A DNA stretch of 64,000 nt from Candidatus Thorarchaeota archaeon. Its GTDB lineage: Archaea; Asgardarchaeota; Thorarchaeia; Thorarchaeales; Thorarchaeaceae. The notes beneath the pieces are model-generated. The model did not search any database and was not told the DNA's origin. It was given only the letters and a program-made list of their open reading frames with translations. This document shows, in pieces, positions 19,788 through 29,892 of the stretch. The DNA is taken from contig PRDJ01000039.1 in NCBI GenBank assembly GCA_003345555.1, positions 13,530 through 77,529 on the forward strand. The letters run 5' to 3'. Position 1 is the stretch's first letter. Each line of letters opens with the position of its first letter. Both the position numbers and the translations under genes were made by a program.

Positions 19788-21032
19788 ATGGCTAACAACC
19801 CGTTCGAAATCGCTCAGCACCAGATTGACATCGTCGCGAAGCGATTAAAGGTCGATCCGGGCATAATTGAAATCATAAAACAACCCAAACGCGTCTTGGA
19901 AGTGGCAGTTCCCATAAGGATGGACAACGGTCAGTTGCGGGTCTTCCGCGGTTACAGAGTCCAACACAATGATGCGCGCGGTCCCTTCAAAGGTGGCATC
20001 CGGTACGGTCCAGGAGTAAACATGGATGAGGTGAAGGCACTCGCTACTTGGATGTCAATGAAAACAGCAGTAATGGACATTCCATACGGTGGAGGAAAAG
20101 GCGGAATCATATGCAACCCCAAAGAGATGAGCAGCGCCGAGCTTGAGAGGCTGACCCGCAGATTCACCGCCGAGATTAGCTCTATCATCGGACCACTGAA
20201 GGATATCCCTGCTCCCGATGTGAACACGAACCCGCAGACGATGGCTTGGATAATGGATACCTATAGCGCTACTATGGGCATCGCTGAGCCCGCAGTTGTG
20301 ACAGGTAAGCCCATCTCCCTTGGGGGATCCCTCGGTCGAAACGAAGCCACTTCTCGTGGTGTTGTGATATGTGCCAGAGAGGCAGCCAAGGTGACCGGAG
20401 CAAAGCTTCAGGGCGCCACTGTGGCAGTAACTGGATACGGAAACGTTGGCTACAATTCGGCATGGCTTGCTCAAGAACTTCGCATGAGAGTTGTCGCTTG
20501 TAGCGACTCCCAAGGCGCTATCTACAATCCAGATGGTTTGGATGCTCGAAAAGTCGGTGATTTCAAGGCAAGGACTGGCACGGTCAAGGGTTACCCTGGA
20601 TCGAAAGAGATTCCCATTGACAAAGTGGTCGAACTGGATGTCGATTTTCTGTTCCCCTGCGCTCTGGAAAATGAGATTACATCGACTAACGTAGAATCAG
20701 TGAATGCGAAGATTATCATTGAGGGCGCAAATGGTCCCACCACACCCGAAGCTGATGAAGTTCTATACAGAAATGGAACCTTCCTTGTTCCTGACATCTT
20801 GGCCAATGCCGGAGGAGTGACGGTCTCTTACTTCGAATGGCTTCAGAACCTACGGCGCGAGTATTGGACTGAACAGGAAGTTAATGTTAAACTCGAGGCA
20901 CGCATGGTGAAGGCATTTCATGAAGTCTATGACATTGCCAAGAAGGAAAACGTCCACATGAGAACGGCAGCATTCATGCTGGCCGTGGGCAGAATAGCAT
21001 CAGTTATGGAGACGCGTGGTCTGTTTCCATAG
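19788..21032 (+). CDS. gdhA: glutamate dehydrogenase (paralog 2)
   Basis: MANNPFEIAQHQ is a typical GDH N-terminus; GGGKGG and GYGNVG motifs. The ORF-track GTG start at 19707 falls inside the TATA-like ctttaatagg and is probably an over-extension. Confidence 0.9.
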   Translation: MANNPFEIAQHQIDIVAKRLKVDPGIIEIIKQPKRVLEVAVPIRMDNGQLRVFRGYRVQHNDARGPFKGGIRYGPGVNMDEVKALATWMSMKTAVMDIPYGGGKGGIICNPKEMSSAELERLTRRFTAEISSIIGPLKDIPAPDVNTNPQTMAWIMDTYSATMGIAEPAVVTGKPISLGGSLGRNEATSRGVVICAREAAKVTGAKLQGATVAVTGYGNVGYNSAWLAQELRMRVVACSDSQGAIYNPDGLDARKVGDFKARTGTVKGYPGSKEIPIDKVVELDVDFLFPCALENEITSTNVESVNAKIIIEGANGPTTPEADEVLYRNGTFLVPDILANAGGVTVSYFEWLQNLRREYWTEQEVNVKLEARMVKAFHEVYDIAKKENVHMRTAAFMLAVGRIASVMETRGLFP

Positions 21033-21049
21033 AGTTCCATAGGGTACTC

Positions 21050-21088
21050 GGAGGACTATCCATCAGGATGGTCCTCCACTTCTTTTAC
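21050..21088 (+). terminator. hairpin GGAGGAC-(14 nt loop)-GTCCTCC followed by a T-rich tract, 18 nt after the GDH2 stop
   Basis: ggaggactatccatcaggatggtcctcc followed by acttcttttac, read directly from the sequence. Confidence 0.45.
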
Positions 21089-21305
21089 ACATCGGCATGG
21101 ATCATGCGGTGGAAACACTGGAGAATAAGTGGCACTAGGGTGAGCACGTGCACCAGCAAAAATCAGTGCCTCGAACGAGGAGGCACGAGTTGCGCATGAT
21201 GTCTCCAACATTCTCACTAATCACTGGCCAAATTGCATTAAGATGGGCCGAAGGAGTCCTCGTGAGGAGGTCCCTCCTTCGGTCAGACAAATAACAACTA
21301 CACTA

Positions 21306-22568
21306 CTATGGGAATATGCCTCTGAGCTCTATCGCCCTAGCGACTCTTTTTACCGCCAGTGCGAGCGCAGCAGTTCGAAGAGTCTTGATGTTGAACTCCA
21401 TTGCAGTCTTATTGACTTCGTCAAATGACTTGACTAGGATGTCTCGAAGCGCCTGGCTAACCTGCTGCTCACTCCAGAAGAAGTGCTGCAATCCCTGAAC
21501 CCATTCGAAGTAGGACACAGTAACACCGCCTGCGTTTGCAAGTACGTCCGGAACTACTGTCGTTCCTTTTTCTGCCAGAATAGCATCGGCTTCCGGAGTA
21601 GTGGGACCGTTGGCCCCTTCAACTATCAGGGATGCCTGAATGGAATCCGCATTGTCCTCTGTAATTGCGTCGCCCATAGCGCATGGCGCAATAATGGGCA
21701 CATCCAGTCCGAAGAGCTCTTTGTTGGTTATGGAGTCCGCACCTGGAAAACCTTCAACCGACCTCTTCGGGTGCTTTGCGGCATAGTCGGCCAGCTTTGG
21801 GATATCGAGCCCGTGTGGATCGTAGGCACCACCGAAGGCATCTGCTACAGCTACGACTTTGAAGCCGCCTTGATGAGCGAATCTGCAAAAGTAGCTGCCC
21901 ACGTTGCCGAAGCCTTGCACAGCAAGCTGTAACCCCCTAGTGCTTCGACCTTTCTGTCTCAAGGCTTCCTCCATCACATAGAACAGCCCTCTTCCCGTCG
22001 CCTCAGTTCTGCCAACACTGCCACCGATCTCCACTGGTTTGCCTGTAACGACGCTAAGCTCGGTGTGACCAGTCAGCATGGAATATGTGTCCAGCATCCA
22101 CGACATAACCTCTGGGTTCGTGTTCACGTCCGGAGCAGGTATGTCTGATTCTGGCCCAATCATGTTGATCAGACTGTAAGTGAATCTTCGAGTCAATTTC
22201 TTTAGCTCACCAGAGCTGAGCTTCCACGGATCGCACACGACACCGCCTTTGGCCCCGCCGAATGGAATATTGACCACTGCAGTCTTCCAAGTCATCAATG
22301 CGGCCAAGGCTTTCACTTCGTCGAGGCTAAGGTCGGGCGAATATCGGATTCCGCCCTTGCATGGTCCTCGGTGATGTGAGTGCTGTACCCTGTAACCTTC
22401 AAACATTTCAAGATGGCCGTCGTCCATGATAACTGGGAAATAGGTTATCAGGATCTTATCCGGCTTCTCGAGAATCTTGAGTATGTTCTCGTCTAGCTTA
22501 ATCGCTTCAGCTGCAAGGTGCAGCTGAGTCAGAACGTTCTCCCAAGGATTAGATTCTGGATTTGACAT
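21306..22568 (-). CDS. gdhA: glutamate dehydrogenase (paralog 3)
   Basis: MSNPESNPWENVL start with GGAKGG and GFGNVG motifs. The ORF-track start at 22712 adds 48 non-conserved aa. Confidence 0.9.
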   Translation of the reverse strand: MSNPESNPWENVLTQLHLAAEAIKLDENILKILEKPDKILITYFPVIMDDGHLEMFEGYRVQHSHHRGPCKGGIRYSPDLSLDEVKALAALMTWKTAVVNIPFGGAKGGVVCDPWKLSSGELKKLTRRFTYSLINMIGPESDIPAPDVNTNPEVMSWMLDTYSMLTGHTELSVVTGKPVEIGGSVGRTEATGRGLFYVMEEALRQKGRSTRGLQLAVQGFGNVGSYFCRFAHQGGFKVVAVADAFGGAYDPHGLDIPKLADYAAKHPKRSVEGFPGADSITNKELFGLDVPIIAPCAMGDAITEDNADSIQASLIVEGANGPTTPEADAILAEKGTTVVPDVLANAGGVTVSYFEWVQGLQHFFWSEQQVSQALRDILVKSFDEVNKTAMEFNIKTLRTAALALAVKRVARAIELRGIFP

Positions 22569-22879
22569 AGTCAACCGTCCTGAGGTCTTTATAGTGGAAC
22601 CCGTTCGATTTGGTATTAAACGCTTTCCTAGGTACTCCTCGCCATTCGCGTGGAAACACTGTGTACAGGAGATGGCTTGAGTTTTGTAGAATCCTTCATG
22701 TGATATGCACACGCAGCTATCCCCCGTTCGTGCGAAATCTGTTCGACCCGGAAAGCGGTCTCAGCGCCCTGTGCCACTACCTGCCTTCGAATCGAACAAC
22801 ACTTCAAGGGATTCAGATTCTGCAAACAACAGACTGCAACAGAACTGCAATTCTAACGAGCCCGTGGATGCATCCTCTT

Positions 22880-23491
22880 CTATCTTCTTATGACTTCGAG
22901 GAGTTCTGCCAGCCGCGCCTTTACGTCGGTCTCCACAGTTCTCAACTCAGCGAGTTGCCGGATTTGGGACATGCGGGCGGATCGGTAGTCAGCTTCCGAT
23001 ATCTTGCCGGTTCTTCGCTGAGCTTCAATCTTGTCCATCTGAGCAGCTATCTCGTTGCGCCTGTTGATAACGAGTTCGAAGCCGTGCTTCAGTGACATCC
23101 ATTCAATCATGGCATTACTTCGTTCTTCTTCCATGTGCTCGCGTTTTACTCTCTCTGCTTCCCTTTCTTTGAGCTTCTTGTTTGCGGTCCTGATCTGCTG
23201 CTGAAGCTCATACAATCTGGCTTCAACTTCTCTCTTCACTTCGATTATCTGTGTTGAAAGCTGCCATTTCTCCTTATACTGCTGAATATGCTCCTGCTCG
23301 GTTATCTCTCTCCTCGCGAGCTTCTCATCGAGTTTCGTGAGATCCATCTGCACTTGCTCGAGCTTTGCCTTGACTTCCTCGTATGACGCACGAAGGGCAG
23401 TCCACTCAACACTGAACTGGGTCAGAACCTCTTTCGGGTCTAGCTGTAGGTAGTCTTCGCCGCCCCCTTGGGGTCTTTGGCCATGACTCAT
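22880..23491 (-). CDS. coiled-coil protein (203 aa), unknown function
   Basis: Continuous heptad-like charged/hydrophobic pattern (KLEQVQMDLTKLDEKL...); no motif. Confidence 0.45.
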   Translation of the reverse strand: MSHGQRPQGGGEDYLQLDPKEVLTQFSVEWTALRASYEEVKAKLEQVQMDLTKLDEKLARREITEQEHIQQYKEKWQLSTQIIEVKREVEARLYELQQQIRTANKKLKEREAERVKREHMEEERSNAMIEWMSLKHGFELVINRRNEIAAQMDKIEAQRRTGKISEADYRSARMSQIRQLAELRTVETDVKARLAELLEVIRR

Positions 23492-23672
23492 CAGCTACAT
23501 CCGTCCTTGTCTATCAACATAGTTGTCCTACAATGCCTTCACCAATTGGACCGACTTAAGCTTTTTCCGAAGAAAGTGATGCAGAATGGTATTCGCTAGA
23601 GGGAAACACGACACCATTTCACCGAAAACTATAACGTGAGGGCCAGCAGGACTTTGGTCGTCGTGAAGGCAC

Positions 23673-24737
23673 ATGAATCTGAAGGTAGAACTTGTCCCGC
23701 CCGTAAGGAGGAAGCCAAAGCCCAAAGATCCTCTCAAGCTTCCTTTTGGATCAACCTTCACAGATCATATGTTCACAATGCGTTATCGGAATTCAGAATG
23801 GTCAGACCCTCAGATTGGACCCTACCAACCGCTGTCGCTCGACCCGGCTGCAATGTGCCTACACTATGGGCAAGGCATATTCGAAGGGATGAAGGCATAT
23901 CGCAGAGCAGGGAAGGTCTATCTATTTCGCCCCCGGGACAACATCATGCGCTTGAACGATTCAGCCAAGAGAATGGTCATGCCAGAAGTTGACGTTGATT
24001 TTGTGCTTGGGTGCCTGAAAGAGCTGGTGAAAACCGAAAGGGACTGGATTCCCGACCTGCCCGGCACATCGTTATACATCAGACCGACGATGATTGCAGT
24101 TGAGCCTAAACTCGGCGTTAGAGCATCTCTCGAGTATTTGTTCTACATAATAGTAGGACCCGTTGGTCCGTATTTTCCCGAAGGCTTTAACCCGCTGAAA
24201 ATCATGGTTTCAGACAAGTATGTTAGGGCTGTGCGAGGAGGAGTAGGGTTTTCAAAGACAATGGGCAACTACGCCGCCAGTCTCTTGGGGGGCAAAGAGG
24301 CATCAGATGCAGGTTGTTCCCAAGTACTGTGGCTGGATGCTATTGAACGTAAGTACGTCGAAGAGACAAGCACCATGAATGTGTTTGTCAAGTTTGACAA
24401 GGAGCTGGCCACGCCGCCTCTGGATGGGACGATACTGCCTGGCATAACGAGACATTCTGTGATTCGAATAGCGAAGGACTGGAATCTAACTGTGAACGAA
24501 CGTCGTGTTTCCATTGACGAGATTGCCGACGGAACGAAGTCAGGAAAGGTCAAGGAATTGTTCGGCGCCGGTACTGCGGCCACTATAGCTCCCATTGGAG
24601 AGCTTTTGTACCAAGGGAAATCATACGTTGTGTCCGGTGGCAAGACTGGTGACCTGACCCGCAGGCTATATGACGAACTCACTGCCCTACAGTGCGGCGA
24701 AGGAAAGGACAAATATGGCTGGGTTGTGAGCGTCTGA
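23673..24737 (+). CDS. ilvE: branched-chain amino acid aminotransferase (fold-type IV)
   Basis: N-terminal FGSTFTDHMF matches the conserved FG(T)VFTDHM block; 354 aa, long-form BCAT. Confidence 0.85.
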   Translation: MNLKVELVPPVRRKPKPKDPLKLPFGSTFTDHMFTMRYRNSEWSDPQIGPYQPLSLDPAAMCLHYGQGIFEGMKAYRRAGKVYLFRPRDNIMRLNDSAKRMVMPEVDVDFVLGCLKELVKTERDWIPDLPGTSLYIRPTMIAVEPKLGVRASLEYLFYIIVGPVGPYFPEGFNPLKIMVSDKYVRAVRGGVGFSKTMGNYAASLLGGKEASDAGCSQVLWLDAIERKYVEETSTMNVFVKFDKELATPPLDGTILPGITRHSVIRIAKDWNLTVNERRVSIDEIADGTKSGKVKELFGAGTAATIAPIGELLYQGKSYVVSGGKTGDLTRRLYDELTALQCGEGKDKYGWVVSV

Positions 24738-24798
24738 TTCGTCTCCTGATGCATATCTATATCCGTTGTCCATGGCTTGAACTTCGAATCATAGTGAG

Positions 24799-25314
24799 GT
24801 GTTAGACCTGCCTGCACAACTGACTGTCGATTACACCAAGTGCACTGGATGTAGAATCTGCGAGCTAGCTTGCAGTGCGAAGAAGGAGGGCCTCTTCAAC
24901 CCCGCTCTTGCCCGTCTCAAGATAGTCCGTTACGACGACTTAGGGATGGACATTCCCAATGTGTGTGGCCCCTGTGATGAGGCTCCTTGTGTTGATATTT
25001 GTCCCGTCTATGCGATGCGGCGCGACCCCCTCTCAAGAATGACGTATCTGGATGAGGACAAGTGTATCCTCTGCAAGTCCTGTGCCGGGGTATGTGTCAA
25101 CGGTGTGATTAAGCTGGACACCTCACGAATGAGAATTATAAAGTGTGACCACTGTGGAGGCGATCCTGAGTGCGCCAAGGCCTGTCCGACAGGTGCCATA
25201 CAATATGGCTCCATTTCTCAATCGACCATCAGGGGTCGGCATGGTAAGATGATACACTACCTCAAGGAGATAGAGCGGACTGCGTTAGCAGAACAAACCG
25301 ATGGGGAGAAGTAA
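24799..25314 (+). CDS. multi-cluster 4Fe-4S ferredoxin, probable electron partner of the adjacent AOR
   Basis: Four Cys-cluster motifs: CTGCRICELAC, CGPCDEAPCVDICP, CILCKSCAGVC and CDHCGGDPECAKACP. The stop overlaps the AOR start. Confidence 0.75.
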   Translation: MLDLPAQLTVDYTKCTGCRICELACSAKKEGLFNPALARLKIVRYDDLGMDIPNVCGPCDEAPCVDICPVYAMRRDPLSRMTYLDEDKCILCKSCAGVCVNGVIKLDTSRMRIIKCDHCGGDPECAKACPTGAIQYGSISQSTIRGRHGKMIHYLKEIERTALAEQTDGEK

Positions 25315-27217
25315 CGTGCAAGTCGGAGGATATGCTGGGAAGATCCTGAGGGTAAACTTGACCGATAGCAGTTTTCATGTGGAGCCCTTGCCGTCAGAAT
25401 GGGTCCGCGAATATGTAGGGGGAGATGGCTTCGCGGCAAGGATGCTCTTCTCGGAATTGAAGCCGAGAATAGACCCACTTGGCGAAGACAACAAGCTGAT
25501 AATCGCCACAGGCCCGGTCACTGGCACGTTGTGGCCCATGAGCGGTCGGACTGTATTTGTATCGAAGGCGCCTCTGACAGGGATATGGGGAGAGAGTCAT
25601 GTCGGCGGCTTTCTCGGACCTGAACTCAAGTATGCGGGATACGACCTTCTGGTTGTGGAGGGTAGGTCCGATGAGCCCGTTTACATTTCAATCGAGGACT
25701 CGGACCTCGAGCTGATGAAAGCAGCCGAGTTATGGGGTCTGAAGACAAATGAGGCTACAGCCGCCATCAAAGGAAGGCATTCAGATCCAGACACCCAAGT
25801 GGCTGCCATCGGGCCGGCTGGGGAACGCCTTGTGAGATTCGCATCGGTAATAGTGAACAACGCACGGGCGGCCGGAAGGACTGGCATGGGCGCAGTCCTG
25901 GGCTCGAAGAAGGTGAAAGCCATCGCAGTAAGAGGGCATAAGGCACTCGAGGTCAGTGATCACGATGAATTCGTTAGACTTGCGAAGGCCGCACATAAGC
26001 GAGTTCGGGAGAACGGTCAAGCCAGAGAGATGCACAAGTGGGGCACCTGGATTCTGACTTCAGTTAAGCAGACGATTGGGGAACTGCCCACATACAACCA
26101 TCGTACTGGTGTGTTCGACGGCTGGGAGAAACTCAGCGGCGAATACATACGACCAAGGTACACAATTTCAGATAGGGCTTGTTTCGGCTGCAGTCTAGGC
26201 TGCAAGAAGGTCAACTACGTTCGCGAGGGACCGTATGCCGGGACGTTTGGGGAAGGGCCTGAATATGAAGGTCTGATGTCATTTGGTAGCCTGTTAGGTA
26301 TCGCAGACTTTCCGACCGCTTTGAAAGCAAATCAATTATGCAACGGACTCGGTCTTGACATGATCTCCACAGGAGCCACAATCGCGTTCGCAATCGAGGC
26401 GTTTGAGAATGGCGCTATCGATGAAAGCATCGCGGATGGGATGAAACTGGAATGGGGCAACAGTGAGCAGGCTCTGCGACTGCTTGAGATGATAGCCAAG
26501 AAGGAGGGCATTGGCAAGCTGTTGGCAGAAGGAAGCAGAGCGGCGGCCAAGAGCATCGGTCATGGAAGCGACAAGTACGCAATCCACGTTAAGGGGCTCG
26601 AGATGTCAGGCCAAGACGGTCGAACTCACCGGAGCATAGGCCTGTCTCATGCCACTGCGGCCCGCGGGGCCGACCACCTTCGGAGTCTCGTGACCGTCGA
26701 TCAGCTTGGATATCAGGAAGTGGCTGCCAAGAGATGGGGTCGCGACAAGCTGCCGGAGATAGTTGATCCCTACACAGAGAAGTACAAGGCTGCTGCTGTC
26801 GTAGAGACTGAGAATGTGTACTGCATCAGGGACTCGATGATTGTCTGTTGGTATTCGGTGTCATGGCCTCCAATCTTCTGGCTTGATGATTTTGCGCAAG
26901 TGCTGCCAGTTGTGACGGGGGTCGATTCACTCGGGTCTACAGATGAGTTGCACAAGATTGCTGAGCGTCAAGTAACGCTGAAGCGGCTGTTCAATGCCCG
27001 AGAAGGCATTGACAGGAAGGACGATCGATTGCCCACCAGATTCACAGAAGAACCGATGCCCGAAGGTCCCGGGAGAGGACAGAGAGTGAATCTTGAGCCC
27101 ATGCTGAACGACTACTACAAGCTGCGCGGATGGAACCTGAAGAACGGACTCCCCACAGACGAGACCCTGCAAAGGCTATCACTTGAGTGGACTCGCACTG
27201 GCGTTCGACGGGAGTAG
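25301..27217 (+). CDS. aor: tungsten-type aldehyde:ferredoxin oxidoreductase family protein
   Basis: N-terminal GKILRVNLTD (AOR has GRILRVNLT); 638 aa; Cys ligand region CFGCSLGC; the family's two-domain size. Confidence 0.9.
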   Translation: MGRSNVQVGGYAGKILRVNLTDSSFHVEPLPSEWVREYVGGDGFAARMLFSELKPRIDPLGEDNKLIIATGPVTGTLWPMSGRTVFVSKAPLTGIWGESHVGGFLGPELKYAGYDLLVVEGRSDEPVYISIEDSDLELMKAAELWGLKTNEATAAIKGRHSDPDTQVAAIGPAGERLVRFASVIVNNARAAGRTGMGAVLGSKKVKAIAVRGHKALEVSDHDEFVRLAKAAHKRVRENGQAREMHKWGTWILTSVKQTIGELPTYNHRTGVFDGWEKLSGEYIRPRYTISDRACFGCSLGCKKVNYVREGPYAGTFGEGPEYEGLMSFGSLLGIADFPTALKANQLCNGLGLDMISTGATIAFAIEAFENGAIDESIADGMKLEWGNSEQALRLLEMIAKKEGIGKLLAEGSRAAAKSIGHGSDKYAIHVKGLEMSGQDGRTHRSIGLSHATAARGADHLRSLVTVDQLGYQEVAAKRWGRDKLPEIVDPYTEKYKAAAVVETENVYCIRDSMIVCWYSVSWPPIFWLDDFAQVLPVVTGVDSLGSTDELHKIAERQVTLKRLFNAREGIDRKDDRLPTRFTEEPMPEGPGRGQRVNLEPMLNDYYKLRGWNLKNGLPTDETLQRLSLEWTRTGVRRE

Positions 27218-27301
27218 GCATTCCCCGCCGACCGAATAGGATATAGACAAGCGCTCGTATCTGTAAACAGGCATTTTTAGCATGCCATCAGGGAGAGATA
27301 T

Positions 27302-29503
27302 GTGATTATGGCAAACAAGAACATAGTAGTATCGCTGTTTGTAGTGTTCTTGGTTGCTTCGTTTGCTGCCTTTGCACAGACAACACTCCCACAATCAAAC
27401 AATAACACTCAAACCATCGCTGAGCCAATTGGCTATCGTGCGCTTGCTGATTGGTCCGGATCAAGTGCTCTGATGCGGGAATACTTACTACCCGCAGGTA
27501 GTCCGGCCACCACCTACGTGCCATCAGCAGGTCCGAGCTATCCGACGGCCATAACGTACGATGCCAATGGTTTCATCTGGTTCACAGACATCTTCAACAA
27601 CAGGGTTTATCGTCTGACACCGGCGACAGCAATCAACCAAACGTCTACTACAGCTTTGAAGTGGCAACTGCCTCTCTTTTTGAACATGACACGCGGTCCT
27701 GCACACATCATCGTTGATGATGCTCATACCTCCGTGTGGTTCACCGACTACGTCAGCATGCAGATTAGCTGCCTCAATTGGACAACCAATCTGCTCAGGG
27801 ATTGGACTATCCCAAGGAACCTGAACATTCATCCATGGGATCTGCTTATGGACCCGGCAACCGGTCACATCTGGTTCACTGGGCTCAATTCATCTAGGTT
27901 CTGTGAGTTAATTCCACCCAATAATGCGCTAATCATCTACAACTTGATAGTCATGGGTGACACAGGCGGGCCACTACCTGTGAGTCTTGCCGAAATGAAG
28001 CCAAATGGGCCGAGATTCTACATGACGGACTTCCGTCTTGACTTTCTCTACAGGGTTCAGTTCATGAACCCTGGAGCAGGTGCCTCGGTCTTCCCACTCG
28101 TGCCTGGTGGCTCTAGCTTGGCGCTTGTCCTAGATAGCAAGCAAGACGTATGGGTTAGTCAACCTGCAAGTGACTTTGTGAATGAGCAGCTCACTGGCAG
28201 CAATTACAAGAAGACAGGAAGCATAACCTCAATGGGAACAACACTGGAGGATGACATGAATGTTGTTGCCCCCAACTCGGTAAATATCCCCATTCACATT
28301 ACTCCAGTAAGAGCCGCGGAATACACGACTCCCCCTCAGGTCATAGGTGATCCGTTGAACGTATGGAACGTTCCTTCCTCACCATCGGGGCCCTGGGGAA
28401 TTGACACCGATACCAACGATAGCGCATGGTACGCCGAATACACAGGGAATCAAATCGGAATGATAACTCCTTCGACCAACAAGACACTTGAGTTCATGGT
28501 TCCGACAACTAATTCCCACCCGCTCTACCTCACTGTGCCACGCTTCGGCATGCCACCCTATGCGACGCACGTATGGTTCACGGAGTTTACGGGCGGGAAG
28601 GTCGGTGAGCTTTTCACTGGCACCTTTGTGGACGTTCGGGCAGCACCATCCATTCCGCCACAGTATCCTCCTCCGAATCCTGGCTCCATTCGTTGGACTG
28701 CTGAGCCCGGAGCCGAGATATGGATTGACGCACCCAGCAACGGATTTAGCTCTGCACACCATGACATCCCTGAGAGAGGCGTTGTGAACCATCTGTACGC
28801 TCGTGTGGCGAACTTGGGCTTCTCTGCAGCCACCAACATCAATGTGAAGTTCTATTACCACAACATGTCCGTGGCGTTTGCGGAGTTCGTCCCATTGCCG
28901 CCATCTACGCCATCGGTTACTGTGTGGTTCCCGATAGGTAGTACGACGATAGCATCATTGGCACCCAGTCTCTCTACAGACGTGTATGTGGAGTGGACAA
29001 TCAACTCAACAGTGCCCGACCACTTCTGCATAGGCGTCCAAGTGTATACTTCAGGCGACATCAACCTGTATGACAACGTTGCCTATCGGAACTTCGAGAT
29101 ATTCAGCGTCCTTGCAGGTGTCCCCACTACACTCTACCTGCCAGTCTGGGCCACCAACTTCCTGAATGCGACTGGCACGCTGAGCGTGTCATTGTCCGGT
29201 GTTCCAGATGGCTGGACTGCAGTTGTCAAACCCAACGGCGTTTCTGTAGGACCGGGCAAGTCTACGCTACTGAACCTCACTATCCAAGTGCCTTCATCCG
29301 CAAAGGCTGGCATGCGTGCGGTGATAGAGGTCACGGGCATGATCGATGGAACCACGACTGGAATGCTCTGGGTTGAAGTCGATGTCGTTGCTCAGACCAC
29401 TACACAGACGCCGCCAATCAGTACGCTTGATGTGGGTTTCTTGGCAGGTGGATTCGTAGCGGGCGTTGTGTTGATGCTACTGATACGCAGACGCGGAAAG
29501 TAA
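27302..29503 (+). CDS. secreted cell-surface protein: signal peptide, Vgb/NHL-like beta-propeller repeats, Ig-like region, C-terminal TM anchor
   Basis: Signal-like N-terminus NIVVSLFVVFLVASFAAFAQ. At least six repeats of the (I/V)WFT(D/E)..N.(I/V) type: IWFTDIFNNRVYRL, VWFTDYVSMQISCL, IWFTGLNSSRFCEL, FYMTDFRLDFLYRV, AWYAEYTGNQIGMI, VWFTEFTGGKVGEL. Many N-x-S/T sequons. C-terminus VGFLAGGFVAGVVLMLLIRRRGK. Confidence 0.65.
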   Translation: MIMANKNIVVSLFVVFLVASFAAFAQTTLPQSNNNTQTIAEPIGYRALADWSGSSALMREYLLPAGSPATTYVPSAGPSYPTAITYDANGFIWFTDIFNNRVYRLTPATAINQTSTTALKWQLPLFLNMTRGPAHIIVDDAHTSVWFTDYVSMQISCLNWTTNLLRDWTIPRNLNIHPWDLLMDPATGHIWFTGLNSSRFCELIPPNNALIIYNLIVMGDTGGPLPVSLAEMKPNGPRFYMTDFRLDFLYRVQFMNPGAGASVFPLVPGGSSLALVLDSKQDVWVSQPASDFVNEQLTGSNYKKTGSITSMGTTLEDDMNVVAPNSVNIPIHITPVRAAEYTTPPQVIGDPLNVWNVPSSPSGPWGIDTDTNDSAWYAEYTGNQIGMITPSTNKTLEFMVPTTNSHPLYLTVPRFGMPPYATHVWFTEFTGGKVGELFTGTFVDVRAAPSIPPQYPPPNPGSIRWTAEPGAEIWIDAPSNGFSSAHHDIPERGVVNHLYARVANLGFSAATNINVKFYYHNMSVAFAEFVPLPPSTPSVTVWFPIGSTTIASLAPSLSTDVYVEWTINSTVPDHFCIGVQVYTSGDINLYDNVAYRNFEIFSVLAGVPTTLYLPVWATNFLNATGTLSVSLSGVPDGWTAVVKPNGVSVGPGKSTLLNLTIQVPSSAKAGMRAVIEVTGMIDGTTTGMLWVEVDVVAQTTTQTPPISTLDVGFLAGGFVAGVVLMLLIRRRGK

Positions 29504-29673
29504 CAACCTTTGGGTTAGGAATTGACGTTCCTGACCCCCTCTCTTTCTTTTCTAACTCCTTCACTAGCTAATACGGAGATAATGCCGGGATTGGTGTCCC
29601 GGTCTTGACACGCCTCGATTGGTCAGCAGAGAGTTACCGATGAGGCCTCTGCCTGATTCTATGACAAACCAGC

Positions 29674-29892
29674 CTAGGCGCCTGGGCGAGCAATCGAAAG
29701 GTAAAGTACATCCTCATACCCGAGAATGCCGTATCCGGACGGGTTCTCGAGCTTGACGTAGTCATCATAGACCTCGCTCACGCGCACGTTCGGTATCTTG
29801 GCTAGTGTATCTTTCTGCATATAACGCAGGTAAACGGTGAAGACCTGCCCGCTGCTCTTCATCTCCTCGAATATAATCCTCCAGTTCGGCAT
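29674..29892 (-). CDS. small hypothetical protein (72 aa), possibly a small beta-barrel (Sm-like?)
   Basis: MPNWRIIFEEMKSSGQVFTVYLRYMQKDTLAKIPNVRVSEVYDDYVKLENPSGYGILGYEDVLYLS; beta-rich pattern with a GxLxGYEDVLYL end faintly like an Sm2 motif. The ORF-track start at 29949 is probably an over-extension. Confidence 0.25.
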   Translation of the reverse strand: MPNWRIIFEEMKSSGQVFTVYLRYMQKDTLAKIPNVRVSEVYDDYVKLENPSGYGILGYEDVLYLSIARPGA

